Shown here: piece after piece, positions 1-9,758 of the stretch
How positions within the stretch are numbered: position 1 is the stretch's first letter
Layout of the letters: every line of letters starts with the position of its first letter
Origin: Coriobacteriia bacterium
GTDB lineage: Bacteria; Actinomycetota; Coriobacteriia; Anaerosomatales; PALSA-660
DNA: 49,035 nucleotides
Direction: 5' to 3'
Assembly: GCA_023252055.1 (NCBI GenBank)
Contig: JAHEXP010000006.1
Span: forward strand, 1 to 49,035
Made by a program: the position numbers and the translations under genes
Notes under the pieces: model-generated
Told to the model about the DNA's origin: nothing
What the model saw: only the letters and a program-made list of their open reading frames with translations
Databases searched by the model: none

Positions 1-285
1 CGCGACCATCACGAGCACCGCCGCGGATAGTCCGTCCACGAGCAGGCCGAACTCCACGCTCACGCCGCCGACGACCATCCAGGGGAACGTCGCGTGCACG
101 ACCGGTTCTCCGCCGGCGCCTACGGCCGCCACCAGTAGCGCGACCGACGCGATCAGCGACCCCGCAAGTGAGCCGATCGCGACCCAGGCGCCGGGCTCGC
201 CGATGCGGCGGCCGAACACGGCGAGGAACACCGCGGCCAGAGCCGGCAGGCCGGGAACGAGGGCGGCTATGAGCGTCGGGGACAT
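1..285 (-). CDS. nuoL: NADH-quinone oxidoreductase subunit L, N-terminal part (runs off the window)
   Basis: Manual translation from ATG at 285 gives MSPTLIAALVPGLPALAAVFLAVFGRR...FPWMVVGGVSVEFGLLVDGLSAAVLVMVA, a typical NuoL N-terminus. It directly follows nuoK. Confidence 0.85.
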   Translation of the reverse strand, partial: MSPTLIAALVPGLPALAAVFLAVFGRRIGEPGAWVAIGSLAGSLIASVALLVAAVGAGGEPVVHATFPWMVVGGVSVEFGLLVDGLSAAVLVMVA

Positions 286-288
286 CGA

Positions 289-597
289 CTAGCCCCTCAA
301 CAGGTCGATGTCGTCGGTGGTGGCGTCGCCATGGCGGCGGAAGTACAGCATCACGATCGCCAGGCCCATCCCCACCTCGGCGGCGCCGATGACGATGAGG
401 AACGTCGCCAGCGCCATCCCCTGCAGGCCGCCGTCGGGCATCGTCCGCCCCACGGCGAGGAACGTCAGCACGACCGCCGACGTCATGAGCTCGAGGCACA
501 TCAGCGCCTGAATGAGACTGCGGCGTGTGAGGAAGCCGAGCGTGGCGATCAGGAAGACCACCGCGCCCAGAACGATGAAGTACAGCGGAGGAACCAT
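289..597 (-). CDS. nuoK: NADH-quinone oxidoreductase subunit K
   Basis: ~102 aa with 3 TM segments, LMCLELM and GAAEVGMGLAIV motifs; position in the operon. Confidence 0.92.
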   Translation of the reverse strand: MVPPLYFIVLGAVVFLIATLGFLTRRSLIQALMCLELMTSAVVLTFLAVGRTMPDGGLQGMALATFLIVIGAAEVGMGLAIVMLYFRRHGDATTDDIDLLRG

Positions 598-599
598 GC

Positions 600-1091
600 T
601 CACTCCGCCTCCCTTGCCAGGTAGATCGCGCCCACGAGCGCCGCGAGCAAGACGACGGAGGCGAGTTCGAATGGCGCCGCATACGGCCCCATGAGCGCGA
701 TCGCCAGGTCGCGCGTGCTCGCCGCCGGCGTAACCGTCGTCGGCAGCGTCGCCACCATCCGCATCAGCGCGTCGAGGAGCGGCGCTGAGACCGCCACCAC
801 CGCTGCGGCCGCGTAGAGCGTCTGCCTCTGCAACAGCGTGCGGTAATCGGCCACCTTCGGCCGTGTGAGCATCACCACGAACACGAGCACCACGGTCACC
901 GCACCCGCAGGCAGGAAGAGCTGCAGCAGCGCGAGGAACGTGGCGTCCAGCAGTGCGTAGAGCGCGGAGAACGAGCACAGCGCCAGGAGAAGGAAGAGCA
1001 CGCTGCGCACGAAATCACGGCTCACGAGCATCGCCACGGAGCTGGCCACGATCACGCCCGCCACAGCGAAGAAGACCACGAGCCCGGTCAT
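600..1091 (-). CDS. nuoJ: NADH-quinone oxidoreductase subunit J
   Basis: C-terminal part of ORF 600..2930 from MTGLVVFF; hydrophobic; LDATFLALLQL..AGAVTVVLVFVVML and PFELASVVLLAALVGAI motifs. Confidence 0.9.
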   Translation of the reverse strand: MTGLVVFFAVAGVIVASSVAMLVSRDFVRSVLFLLLALCSFSALYALLDATFLALLQLFLPAGAVTVVLVFVVMLTRPKVADYRTLLQRQTLYAAAAVVAVSAPLLDALMRMVATLPTTVTPAASTRDLAIALMGPYAAPFELASVVLLAALVGAIYLAREAE

Positions 1092-1510
1092 GGGCGGTCC
1101 ACCTCGCCTTCGTGCGTGCAGGCACCGTCCTCGATGAGGTGGTAGATGAGAGCGCCCTTGTCGCGCGTTGCCCGCTCGTAGTCCTGCGTGAAATAGAGGG
1201 CGTCGAACGGGCAGTTCTCCACGCACAACCCGCAGTACGTGCAGCGGCCGCTGTTCACGACGAACTCCACCGCCCGCTTCGGGTCGTCCGGGTCTTTCAC
1301 GAGCTTCAGCACGCGGTCGGGGCAGCCGACGATGCAGGTGTTGCATGCGCGGCATGCCGGAGCGCCCTCTTCGTTCACGTGCATCGCGATGAACGTCCGC
1401 GAGTTCGCCGGCGGGTTCTTGTGCTCGAACGGGTAGAGCTCGGTGACCGGACGCCCCAGCGCGTGGCGGAGGGTGATCCCCAGTCCCTTGAGAAGTCCCG
1501 ATCCGAACAT
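1088..1510 (-). CDS. nuoI: NADH-quinone oxidoreductase subunit I (2x[4Fe-4S])
   Basis: GLGITLRH...VTELYP; CRACNTCIVGCP and CTYCGLCVENCP ferredoxin motifs; GGAGG RBS. Confidence 0.93.
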   Translation of the reverse strand: MFGSGLLKGLGITLRHALGRPVTELYPFEHKNPPANSRTFIAMHVNEEGAPACRACNTCIVGCPDRVLKLVKDPDDPKRAVEFVVNSGRCTYCGLCVENCPFDALYFTQDYERATRDKGALIYHLIEDGACTHEGEVDRP

Positions 1511-1525
1511 GGTCACCCTCCTTTC

Positions 1526-2497
1526 CTAGTAGATGCCGGGCAGCGCGAGTGCGAGCGCCGCGACCGCCATGATGTTGACGAGCGCGATCGGGAGCAACCA
1601 CTTCCACGAGAGGCTCATGAGCGAGTCCACGCGCAGGCGCGGGAACGTGCCACGGAACCACATCGTCATCGTCATGCACGCGACGATCTTCAGCAGCAAC
1701 CAGAGCGGCGAGGCCGGCAGGAACGGCATGTTCCAGCCGCCCAGGAACAGCGCCGACACGAGGTAGGACCCGGTGAAGAGCACGGAGTACTCCGCCAGCT
1801 GCACGAAGCCGAACTTCATCCCGGAGTACTCGGTCTGGTAGCCGGCCACGAGTTCGGACTCCGCTTCCGGCAAGTCGAACGGCGTACGGTTCATCTCGGC
1901 CAGCACGGCGATCCCGAAGATAGCGAACCCCAGCGGCTCTTTGAAGATGTACCAGACGCCCGCCTGCGCGTTGATGATGTCGGTCAGCCGCATGGAGCCT
2001 GCCGCCACCACCACGCCGAGCGCGGCCAGCAGCATCGGGATCTCGTAGCTGATGAGCTGCGCGGCCGCGCGCAACGCGCCGATGAGCGTGAACTTGCTCG
2101 CGCACGACCAGCCGATCACCGCGAACCCCAGCGGCAGCAGCGTCTGGAACGCGAAGATGTAGAAGAGGCCATGGTTCATGTCGAGCAGCCCGAAGCCCGG
2201 CGCGAACATGAGGGCCGCCATCGCCGCGATCGCCGGCACCACCACCATCAGCGGCCCGATCTGGAACAACCACGGGTCGGCAGAATCCGGGACGATGTCC
2301 TCCTTCGAGATCATCTTCACCATGTCCGCGGGCAGCTGCAGCAGGCCGTGGAATCCGTGATGCAGCGGACCGCGCCTGCGCTGCAGGTGGCCGATGAACT
2401 TGCGCTCCCACCACACGCCCATGACGGTCACCACGGCGATGAGCAGCAGCAGGCCGACGAGCCACAGCAGCGCGTGTATCCACATCGCCGCGCTCAC
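1526..2497 (-). CDS. nuoH: NADH-quinone oxidoreductase subunit H
   Basis: ERKFIGHLQRRRGP, GLLQLPADMVKMISKED, AEMNRTPFDLPEAESELVAGYQTEYSG and PRLRVD motifs; GTG overlaps the nuoD stop. Confidence 0.95.
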   Translation of the reverse strand: MSAAMWIHALLWLVGLLLLIAVVTVMGVWWERKFIGHLQRRRGPLHHGFHGLLQLPADMVKMISKEDIVPDSADPWLFQIGPLMVVVPAIAAMAALMFAPGFGLLDMNHGLFYIFAFQTLLPLGFAVIGWSCASKFTLIGALRAAAQLISYEIPMLLAALGVVVAAGSMRLTDIINAQAGVWYIFKEPLGFAIFGIAVLAEMNRTPFDLPEAESELVAGYQTEYSGMKFGFVQLAEYSVLFTGSYLVSALFLGGWNMPFLPASPLWLLLKIVACMTMTMWFRGTFPRLRVDSLMSLSWKWLLPIALVNIMAVAALALALPGIY

Positions 2498-3624
2498 CGG
2501 TCGATCTCCCCCATCGAGGTGTCGATGCCGCCGAAGATGACGAGCATGTCCGCCAGCAGGTGGTTCGGCAGCATGTGCGGCATGGCCGACAGGTTGTAGA
2601 AGATCGGCGACCGCACCCGGAACCGCAGAGGCTTGGTGGTGCCGTCCGAGGCAACGAGCACGCCGAGCTCCCCGCGCGGGGACTCGGTGCGAACGCAGAC
2701 GTCGCCCACGGGCGGCTTGAGCGCACGCGACACCTTGGCCCTGACGTCGCCGCCCGGCATGCCGTCGATGATCTGGACGCACATGCGCGCTGACTCGCGG
2801 ATCTCAGCCAGGCGCACCCGGCAACGAGCCAGGGAGTCGCCGACATCGTCGGTGCACACACGGAAGTCGAGCCGGTCGTACACGCCGTAGGGGACGTCCT
2901 TGCGCAGGTCGCGCTCGGAGCCCGATGCACGCAGCGCCGGACCGGTGACCCCCCACTCGACCAACTGCTCGGCAGAGAAGACCCCGATGCCCTTCATGCG
3001 CGACTGGACGATCTCGTTGCCCACCAGCAGCGCCTCGTACTCGTCGACCTCGACGGGAAAGTCGCGCTCGAGGAAGTCGCGCATCTCTTTCAGCATCGCG
3101 GAATCGATGTCGGTGTGGACGCCGCCGAGGCGCATCCAGTTGGGCATCACGCGCGCACCGGTCACCGCCTCGTAGAAGTCGAAGATGCGCTCGCGGGCGA
3201 CCCACGCGTAGATGAACGGCGTGCCGAGCGCACCGATGTCCATCGTCACGCCGGCGTACCAGATGAGATGGCTCGTGATGCGGTTCATCTCCACGAGCAG
3301 CGTGCGCAGCCACTCCGCGCGCTCCGGCACCTCGATGCCGGCAAGACGCTCGACCGCGCGGCAGTACGCCCACTCGTTGCTGAACTGCGCGACGTAGTCG
3401 AGCCGGTCGGTGAGCACGATGTCCTGCTGCCACGTGCGGCTCTCCGCGAGCTTCTCGATGCCGCGGTGCAGGTAGCCGATGACCGGCTTCGCGCTCACGA
3501 TCGTCTCGCCCGAGATCTCGCACATCATGTGCAGCACGCCGTGAGTGGACGGATGCTGCGGGCCCACGTTGAGCAACATCGTCTCGGTCGAGCCTTCGAC
3601 GCCTTTGCGCGGGAAGTTCACCAC
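2494..3624 (-). CDS. nuoD: NADH-quinone oxidoreductase subunit D
   Basis: LNVGPQHPSTHGVL, GYLHRGIEK, DRLDY, ESPRGE and terminal GEIDR; lacks the CxxC NiFe ligands of group 4 hydrogenases. Confidence 0.95.
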   Translation of the reverse strand: MVNFPRKGVEGSTETMLLNVGPQHPSTHGVLHMMCEISGETIVSAKPVIGYLHRGIEKLAESRTWQQDIVLTDRLDYVAQFSNEWAYCRAVERLAGIEVPERAEWLRTLLVEMNRITSHLIWYAGVTMDIGALGTPFIYAWVARERIFDFYEAVTGARVMPNWMRLGGVHTDIDSAMLKEMRDFLERDFPVEVDEYEALLVGNEIVQSRMKGIGVFSAEQLVEWGVTGPALRASGSERDLRKDVPYGVYDRLDFRVCTDDVGDSLARCRVRLAEIRESARMCVQIIDGMPGGDVRAKVSRALKPPVGDVCVRTESPRGELGVLVASDGTTKPLRFRVRSPIFYNLSAMPHMLPNHLLADMLVIFGGIDTSMGEIDR

Positions 3625-4043
3625 GTGCGCTCCTCGAGTTCGAAGGAGCGCCGCAGCGGGTGGATCGTGGAGGAGTCGGGCTGCAGGATCCGGGTCATGT
3701 CGGGGTTGCCCTCGAACACCACGCCGAAGAGGTCGAATACTTCGCGCTCGCCCCACTCCGCGGGCGGGAAGACGCCCGCAAGAGACTCCGCGCGCAGGCT
3801 CTCGTTCGGGCACGACGTGCGCAAGGTGAACTGGGTGGATGGCGTGTCCACGAGAACGAGGACGAGCTCGACGGCCTCGCCGCGGTCGATCGCGGTGATG
3901 TCGAAGAATCGCGCTCCGGTCGCGTGAAGGTCGGCCGCGCACGCGCGCCATGCATCGCGCGCCACGTCCGCGCGCGGGTCGAACCCGGACTCGTCGAGCA
4001 CGGCCCCGTGGCGCGCCAGCACGGCGCGGACCTCCGGCGTCAC
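3618..4043 (-). CDS. nuoC: NADH-quinone oxidoreductase subunit C (short)
   Basis: DITAID...[31 protein letters not shown] motif. Confidence 0.9.
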   Translation of the reverse strand: MTPEVRAVLARHGAVLDESGFDPRADVARDAWRACAADLHATGARFFDITAIDRGEAVELVLVLVDTPSTQFTLRTSCPNESLRAESLAGVFPPAEWGEREVFDLFGVVFEGNPDMTRILQPDSSTIHPLRRSFELEERTW

Positions 4044-4687
4044 AGCTCGTCCTCCGGAGCGCTCTCGGCATCGCCCAGCGGCGTCACAGGCGGCGAGTCC
4101 CGCTCCGGCTGCACCCACACCGCCCCAGCTTCGAGAGCGTCGTACTCGCCGAGCAGCTCCAGCGGCCACTCCTCGGGGAGCACCGGCGGCACGTACATCG
4201 GCTTTCGTGAGCTGCCGATCGTGCTGGTCTCGCTGATGAGCTTCTTGAGCTGGAGGCACCCGTACAGCAGCGCTTCGGGCCGCGGCGGGCACCCGGGGAT
4301 GTAGATGTCGACCGGCAGGATCGTCTCCGCGCCCGGGAGCACGTTGTAGGAGTCGACGAAGGTGCCTCCCGATATCGCGCAGCTGCCCATGGCGATGACC
4401 CATCGGGGCTCCGCCATCTGGTTGTAGACGCGCTGGACGATCGGGGCCATCTTCTTCGTGATCGGCCCAGGCACGATCATCACGTCCGCCTGGCGCGGCG
4501 AGGACCGGAACATGATGCCGAACCGGTCGAAGTCGTAGCGGGCGGCGCCGGTGGTCATCATCTCGAGTGAGCAGCAGGCGATGCCGGCGTTGACCGGCCA
4601 CATGCTGCGGCTGCGCCCCCACCGCAGGAGCTTGTCGAGCGTGGTGGTGATGAACCCGGGCTGCTCGGCGTCGTCGACTACACCCAC
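4040..4687 (-). CDS. nuoB: NADH-quinone oxidoreductase subunit B
   Basis: [29 protein letters not shown] and [10 protein letters not shown] motifs. Confidence 0.95.
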   Translation of the reverse strand: MGVVDDAEQPGFITTTLDKLLRWGRSRSMWPVNAGIACCSLEMMTTGAARYDFDRFGIMFRSSPRQADVMIVPGPITKKMAPIVQRVYNQMAEPRWVIAMGSCAISGGTFVDSYNVLPGAETILPVDIYIPGCPPRPEALLYGCLQLKKLISETSTIGSSRKPMYVPPVLPEEWPLELLGEYDALEAGAVWVQPERDSPPVTPLGDAESAPEDEL

Positions 4688-5037
4688 CTGAGCACCCCCT
4701 TGCGCCACGCGTACACGAGTCCCACGACGAGTATCGCGACGAAGATCGCCATCTCCCCGTATCCGGCCCATCCGATCTGCCGGAGCACGAGGCCCCACGG
4801 GTACAGGAACGCGGTCTCGACGTCGAAGATGAGGAAGACGATCGCAATGGCGTAGTACTGCACGCGGAACGGAGCGCGAGGGACACCCACCGGCTCGTGT
4901 CCGCACTCGTAGGTGGCGTTCTTCAGCGGGTTTGGGCGCTTGGGCGCCAGCAGCGCCACGACCCCGTAGAGCGCGAGCACGAAGAGCACGCCCGTGACGC
5001 ACGCCAGGGCGGCAACGAGTACGCTATCCGCATACAC
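4678..5037 (-). CDS. nuoA: NADH-quinone oxidoreductase subunit A
   Basis: 119 aa; [26 protein letters not shown] and [10 protein letters not shown] motifs. Confidence 0.95.
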   Translation of the reverse strand: MYADSVLVAALACVTGVLFVLALYGVVALLAPKRPNPLKNATYECGHEPVGVPRAPFRVQYYAIAIVFLIFDVETAFLYPWGLVLRQIGWAGYGEMAIFVAILVVGLVYAWRKGVLRWV

Positions 5038-5145
5038 GTGCGCTCACCCCCTCGTCTTCATGCATCGCGTGACCGGCGCTTTCGGTTGAGATTCGACTCC
5101 CGAGGCCGATTCCCTGCTCGCCGTTGCCTTGGAGCCCCCTGTACA

Positions 5146-5172
5146 CGAAGGGCCCCGCTGCGGGGCCCTTCG
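5146..5172. terminator. GC-rich hairpin, probable terminator of the zinc-ribbon gene upstream of nuoA
   Basis: CGAAGGGCCCCGC-T-GCGGGGCCCTTCG, perfect 13-bp inverted repeat ~40 nt after the stop at 5210. Confidence 0.65.
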
Positions 5173-5209
5173 ACGTGACAGATCGATTCTGCGCTCCCGC
5201 ACGGCTGCG

Positions 5210-5836
5210 CTAGAACAGCTTCACGAGCCATTTCCCGTCCTGCTTGACCAACGAGAGCGTCTCGTTGCGCAGGGCGTACTTCCCGGTCTTGGCGTCCAGG
5301 ATCGACTCGGTGAGCTGAACCGTCGCGACGTTCGGGTTCTTCGGATCGACCGTCACCTTCGTCACGGCGATGTCTTTCAGCAGATCGACGCCCTTGTTGG
5401 CGACCTTGGTGTCGGCCGCCTGCTTCTCGAACGTGGCCTGGTCGGTCGCGGTGAGGCTGGCGTGGGTCATGTTGTTCAGCATGCCGCGGGCGTCGTAGAC
5501 CGCGTACGCCTGCATGACGCGCAGCGCCGCTCCCTCCGGCGTGTTGGCGCCGGTGTTGAAGACGGAGAAGACGACCCAGCCGCTGACCGCGACGACCACT
5601 GCGACGACGGCGAGCAGCGCCGGCACCTGCCACGCGGGACGGCCTGCAGAAGTGGGCCGCTGCGCTGAAGCCGCTGGCACCGCCGGGACGGCCGGCGACG
5701 CTGCCGGCGCGGCGGGGGCGGAGGCGCGCTTGCGCGGGGCCGCGACCGACTTCCGGGTGGGGACGACGCGCGTCTCGCACGACGGGCACACGGTGGCGCC
5801 GGGCTGCAGGTCGGCGCCGCATTTCGCGCATTGCAT
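5210..5836 (-). CDS. Zinc-ribbon single-pass membrane protein with extracellular domain
   Basis: MQCAKC-x10-CPSC ribbon, Pro/Ala linker, one TM helix, and a C-terminal alpha/beta domain ending LVKQDGKWLV (NTF2-like pattern). Start taken at ATG 5836. Confidence 0.75.
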   Translation of the reverse strand: MQCAKCGADLQPGATVCPSCETRVVPTRKSVAAPRKRASAPAAPAASPAVPAVPAASAQRPTSAGRPAWQVPALLAVVAVVVAVSGWVVFSVFNTGANTPEGAALRVMQAYAVYDARGMLNNMTHASLTATDQATFEKQAADTKVANKGVDLLKDIAVTKVTVDPKNPNVATVQLTESILDAKTGKYALRNETLSLVKQDGKWLVKLF

Positions 5837-5880
5837 GGCGCGGGTTCCTCTCGTGACACACGGGGCTGCGAACGCCGCGA

Positions 5881-5890
5881 AGTATAGCAC
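5881..5890 (-). promoter_or_regulatory. Extended -10 element (TGCTATACT) for the zinc-ribbon gene
   Basis: Minus strand reads GTGCTATACT ~45 nt upstream of the ATG at 5836. Confidence 0.5.
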
Positions 5891-5943
5891 CGGGCACGGA
5901 GCATGAGCGCGCCGGGCGGCCGGGAGCCGCCGTTCATCGCGCC

Positions 5944-6474
5944 TCAGGCGACCGGTGGTCCCGTCGGATCGGCCGACACTCCATGACCTCGAAGGTCGTT
6001 CGTCAGCACACCCGTCACGCGACCCTCACTCGGGTCGGCATCGGCGACGCGCCGGCCGTCAGGGAGCACTGCGTCGGGCGCGATCTCGAGCAGAGGCGTG
6101 ACGACGAAGTCACGCTCGAGCATCCGCGGGTGCGGGACGGTCAGCTCCGGTTCATCGATCCATTCGTCGCCGAAGCTCAGGATGTCGAGGTCCAGCGGGC
6201 GCGGCCCGTTTCGCGGCCCGACGATGCGACCGGCCTCAGCCTCGAGCGCTTTCAAAGCAGCGAGCAAGCCCGCGGCAGACAGGTCCACATCCAGGGCCGC
6301 GACCGCGTTCGCGAAGGGGGGCTGGTCCGTGATGCCCCACGGTTCGGTCTCGTAGGCGGATGACACCGTGGCCACGTGCACCCCCGGAGTGGCATCGAGC
6401 GCATCCAGGGCGCGAGCAAGGGAGGCGAGCCGGTCCCCAAGGTTGGCTCCGAGACCGATGTAGACGCGCGTCAT
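5944..6474 (-). CDS. folK: 2-amino-4-hydroxy-6-hydroxymethyldihydropteridine diphosphokinase
   Basis: YIGLGANLGDR, SSAYETEPWG, GPRPLDLDIL and VPHPRMLERDFV motifs. Confidence 0.95.
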   Translation of the reverse strand: MTRVYIGLGANLGDRLASLARALDALDATPGVHVATVSSAYETEPWGITDQPPFANAVAALDVDLSAAGLLAALKALEAEAGRIVGPRNGPRPLDLDILSFGDEWIDEPELTVPHPRMLERDFVVTPLLEIAPDAVLPDGRRVADADPSEGRVTGVLTNDLRGHGVSADPTGPPVA

Positions 6475-6482
6475 GCGGCCGT

Positions 6483-7295
6483 TCAGCCCCTCAGGAGCAG
6501 GAACGCAGCAGCCATGATCGCCACGAGCACGACCGCGATGCCGGCCACCGCGACGCCGGCAGGCGTGCCGCCGCCGGCCAAGTGCTCGAGGCGCCGGTTG
6601 TCGGACAGACCGGGATCGGCGGACGTGACGGGGCTCGGGACCTGCGCGGGATGGAAGCCGGCTCCACCCGCCTGGGAGATCGCCGCTCGGACCTCGGCAC
6701 TGGCGCCCGGAGCCGACCACGCGTAGGTCACGCCGGCAGGCGGAGTCCCGTACAGGACGTCGCGCGCCTTGGGCCCCTGCGACTCCGGCACCGTGACCGC
6801 GAAGAGCTTCCGTGAAGTCAGTCCCGCATTCGGCGGCAGGAAGTTGACCGTATCGCGGGGGTCGTACGGCTCCCACCCGCAGTCCACGCCCTCCGACTCC
6901 AAGGCCCGGACGACATCCTCGAGCCCCAGCGTGTCCCCGGGCGACTCCTGGGTCGCCACGACAGTCCACGGCTCGTCGATCGGCTTCCTGTCCTCTGTCT
7001 CGGCGCGCTCGTGACCCATGACCGCCGCCTCAGCGCGCCGCAGCGCCTCCGGATCTTCGACGTCGTCCTCGAACGAGGCGCCCTCCCGGGCATCGAGTGC
7101 TTCCAGGAGTCCGGGGAGGCCGCCGGTCATGAAGCCGACGAGGGCGGAGCCGGCTGCGGGCGTCACATGTTCAAGCGGCGATGTGCCGGTACGTGCCTCG
7201 TCGCCGGACGCGCTGTCGTCGGCCGGTGCCTCTGCCCCGCCGTCGGCCGCTGCATGCTCAGGTCCACCCGACCAGAAACCGTCCTCGTCGTTCAT
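6483..7295 (-). CDS. Hypothetical protein: acidic N-terminus, DUF2007-like domain, C-terminal TM anchor
   Basis: ATGA overlap with the folP stop; the segment WTVVAT...ALESEGVDC...VTVPESQGPKARDVL resembles DUF2007; hydrophobic C-terminus. Confidence 0.6.
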   Translation of the reverse strand: MNDEDGFWSGGPEHAAADGGAEAPADDSASGDEARTGTSPLEHVTPAAGSALVGFMTGGLPGLLEALDAREGASFEDDVEDPEALRRAEAAVMGHERAETEDRKPIDEPWTVVATQESPGDTLGLEDVVRALESEGVDCGWEPYDPRDTVNFLPPNAGLTSRKLFAVTVPESQGPKARDVLYGTPPAGVTYAWSAPGASAEVRAAISQAGGAGFHPAQVPSPVTSADPGLSDNRRLEHLAGGGTPAGVAVAGIAVVLVAIMAAAFLLLRG

Positions 7296-8158
7296 CGCGC
7301 CCGCCCCTCCCCCTCGATCGCTTCCTGCAGCGCCAGCGCCTGGACCGTCTCGGCTACGTCGTGGACCCGTACCACCCGCGCGCCTCTGAGGACCGCATCG
7401 AGTGCCACGGCAACGCTCCCGGCCATGCGGTCGCGCGGCTCGGTGACACCCGTGATCTCACCGATGAACCTCTTGCGCGATGCGCCGACGAGCACCGGGT
7501 ACCCGAGCGCGGTCAACACGTCCAAACTCCGCAGCAGCTCGAGGTTGTGCGCGGTGGTCTTGCCGAAGCCGATGCCCGGGTCGAGGACGATGCGCTCGGC
7601 CTCTACGCCCGCGGCGCGCAACGCCGCCGCCTGCCCGGCGAGGTACGCGCTGACCTCTGCGACCACGTCGTCGTACACCGGCTCGGTCTGCATGGTCTTC
7701 GGCTCGCCCAGCATGTGCATGACGACGAGTCCGGCGTCCGTCCGCGCGGCGAGCCGCACCATGTCGGGATCGCGGAACCCGGAGACGTCGTTGACGATCG
7801 CCGCCCCAGCTGCGAGCGCTCCCTCAGCCACCGCCGCGTGCCGCGTGTCGACCGAGACGCACAGCCCTCGTCCGGCGAGTGCGGCCACCACGGGAACGAC
7901 GCGTGCGAATTCCACGTCGAGCGCAACCGCGTCCGAACCCGGTCGCGTCGACTCCCCGCCCACGTCGATGATCGCGGCGCCATCGGCAGCCATGCGAACC
8001 CCGGCCGCGACCGCGTCATCCACGTCACAGTGCGCGCCGCCATCGGAGAACGAGTCGGGCGTGACATTCAGGATGCCCATGACCGCCGCGCGCGACAGGT
8101 CGAGTGCGAACGGTCCGCAGCGCCACAGGAGCGGCTGCTCCGCCGACTGCCGCTGCAC
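7292..8158 (-). CDS. folP: Dihydropteroate synthase
   Basis: MGILNVTPDSFSDGG, DVGGESTRPG, LDPGIGFGKT, GASRKRF and RVHDV motifs. Confidence 0.96.
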   Translation of the reverse strand: MQRQSAEQPLLWRCGPFALDLSRAAVMGILNVTPDSFSDGGAHCDVDDAVAAGVRMAADGAAIIDVGGESTRPGSDAVALDVEFARVVPVVAALAGRGLCVSVDTRHAAVAEGALAAGAAIVNDVSGFRDPDMVRLAARTDAGLVVMHMLGEPKTMQTEPVYDDVVAEVSAYLAGQAAALRAAGVEAERIVLDPGIGFGKTTAHNLELLRSLDVLTALGYPVLVGASRKRFIGEITGVTEPRDRMAGSVAVALDAVLRGARVVRVHDVAETVQALALQEAIEGEGRAR

Positions 8159-8727
8159 TAGCGGCTCCCGCCCTTGATGAGCGACATCGCCTCGGCGCGC
8201 GTGGCCGCCTGCGTGCGGAATATCCCGCGGACCGCGGAGGTCGTGGTGATGGCGCCCGGCTTCTGGACCCCGCGCATCGACATGCACAGGTGCTCCGCCT
8301 CGATGACCACGATCACGCCCTGCGGCGCGAGATGCTGCACGATCGTGTCGGCCACCTGCGAGGTGAGCCGCTCCTGGACCTGCGGGCGCTTGGCGAACAC
8401 GTCAACCACGCGTGCGAGCTTCGAGAGTCCGCAGATGCGGCCGTTCGCCCCGGGGATGTACGCGACGTGGGCGCGGCCCACGAACGGGAGCAGGTGGTGT
8501 TCGCACACCGAGTACAGCGGGATGTCGCGGACGAGCACCATCTCCTGGTGGCCTTCGTCGAACGTCACGCAGAAGTGCTCGCCCGCGTCCGCATCGAGCC
8601 CCGCGAAGATCTCCTCGTACATCTTGGCGACGCGCTCGGGCGTGCCGAGCAGCCCTTCGCGCGTGAGGTCCTCGCCGACGCCTTCGAGGATGAGCCTGAC
8701 GCCGGCCTCGATCTTCGCCTTGTCCAT
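8158..8727 (-). CDS. folE: GTP cyclohydrolase I
   Basis: [37 protein letters not shown] and HLCMSMRG motifs. Confidence 0.97.
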   Translation of the reverse strand: MDKAKIEAGVRLILEGVGEDLTREGLLGTPERVAKMYEEIFAGLDADAGEHFCVTFDEGHQEMVLVRDIPLYSVCEHHLLPFVGRAHVAYIPGANGRICGLSKLARVVDVFAKRPQVQERLTSQVADTIVQHLAPQGVIVVIEAEHLCMSMRGVQKPGAITTTSAVRGIFRTQAATRAEAMSLIKGGSR

Positions 8728-8821
8728 GTGCATCCGCCTCGCCGTTGGATCGCGCGCCATAAGCCGTCTCTCCGTGCGAGCCAAGTATGCCGCAAAGGCG
8801 GGGCGCGAAGATGCCGCGCAG

Positions 8822-9754
8822 CTACTTGATCATCCCGAAGGTGCGTCCGATGGAGATCACGGCGGGGCCGAGGATGACCAGCATGGTGGCCGGCAGTATG
8901 CACAGGATCGTCGGGAACACCATCTGGACCGGGGCCTTCTGCGCCTTCTCCTCCGCCCGAGCCCGTCGCTTCTTGCGCAGCTCCGACGCCTGAGAGCGCA
9001 GGATCCCGCTGATGGATACGCCGAAGACGTCGGCCTGTACCATTGCGACGATGAACGCATCCAGTTCGGGAACCTCGGTCCGCTCGCCCATGTGCCGGAA
9101 CGCGTCGCGCCGGGAGACCCCCGCCTGTACCTCGCGAAGCATCCGGGCGAACTCGCGTGCCAGAGGACCACTCGTATTGCGCACCAGCTTCCCCAAGGCC
9201 ATGTCGAAACCAAGACCGGCCTGCACGCTGATCGTCAACATGTCGAGCATGTCGGGCAGCGCGAGCTGGATGCGCGCTTTCCGCTGTGCGATGACCTGGG
9301 ACAACCAGATGCCGGGCGCCAGCGCCCCGAGCGCCGCTGCTCCGGCCGTCATGAGGATCGATATCGAGGTCACTCCGCTGCGCGAGATGGCGAAGCCGAC
9401 GGCTGCGACGGACAGGCACACGAGCCCGACGACGAGGCGCAGCGCGGTCACTCCTTCCGGTGTCAGGCCTCCCGGTTCCCCGGCGAGTTCGAGGCGGTGC
9501 TGAGTGGCAGCGCGCGCGTTCGCCGGCACAAGGCGCCGGATGATCGAGGCGGCAGACGCCAACGACGGCCCCATGACACGCGTGCGGAACGGCTGCAGTT
9601 GGGGCTCCGCAACCGATATCTGGTTGGACTCCCACTCGGTGATCGTGCGCAGCGCGCGGGTCACCTGACGCTCTTCCGAGAACAGCAGCAGCAGGAGCAC
9701 CGCGGCGAGCAGCGCCACCGAGGCGAAGACGAGCAGCGAGATCAGGGTGTCCAT
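8822..9754 (-). CDS. tadC: Tad pilus inner-membrane platform protein TadC (T2SS-F family)
   Basis: [19 protein letters not shown]...[20 protein letters not shown] pattern; last gene of the Tad locus. Confidence 0.9.
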   Translation of the reverse strand: MDTLISLLVFASVALLAAVLLLLLFSEERQVTRALRTITEWESNQISVAEPQLQPFRTRVMGPSLASAASIIRRLVPANARAATQHRLELAGEPGGLTPEGVTALRLVVGLVCLSVAAVGFAISRSGVTSISILMTAGAAALGALAPGIWLSQVIAQRKARIQLALPDMLDMLTISVQAGLGFDMALGKLVRNTSGPLAREFARMLREVQAGVSRRDAFRHMGERTEVPELDAFIVAMVQADVFGVSISGILRSQASELRKKRRARAEEKAQKAPVQMVFPTILCILPATMLVILGPAVISIGRTFGMIK

Positions 9755-9758
9755 CGCG

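Noticed and set aside
2494-4687. Group 4 [NiFe]-hydrogenase interpretation of the NuoB/C/D genes
   Set aside because: The large subunit lacks both CxxC Ni-binding motifs and retains the complex I quinone-site motifs (HPSTHG, DRLDY).
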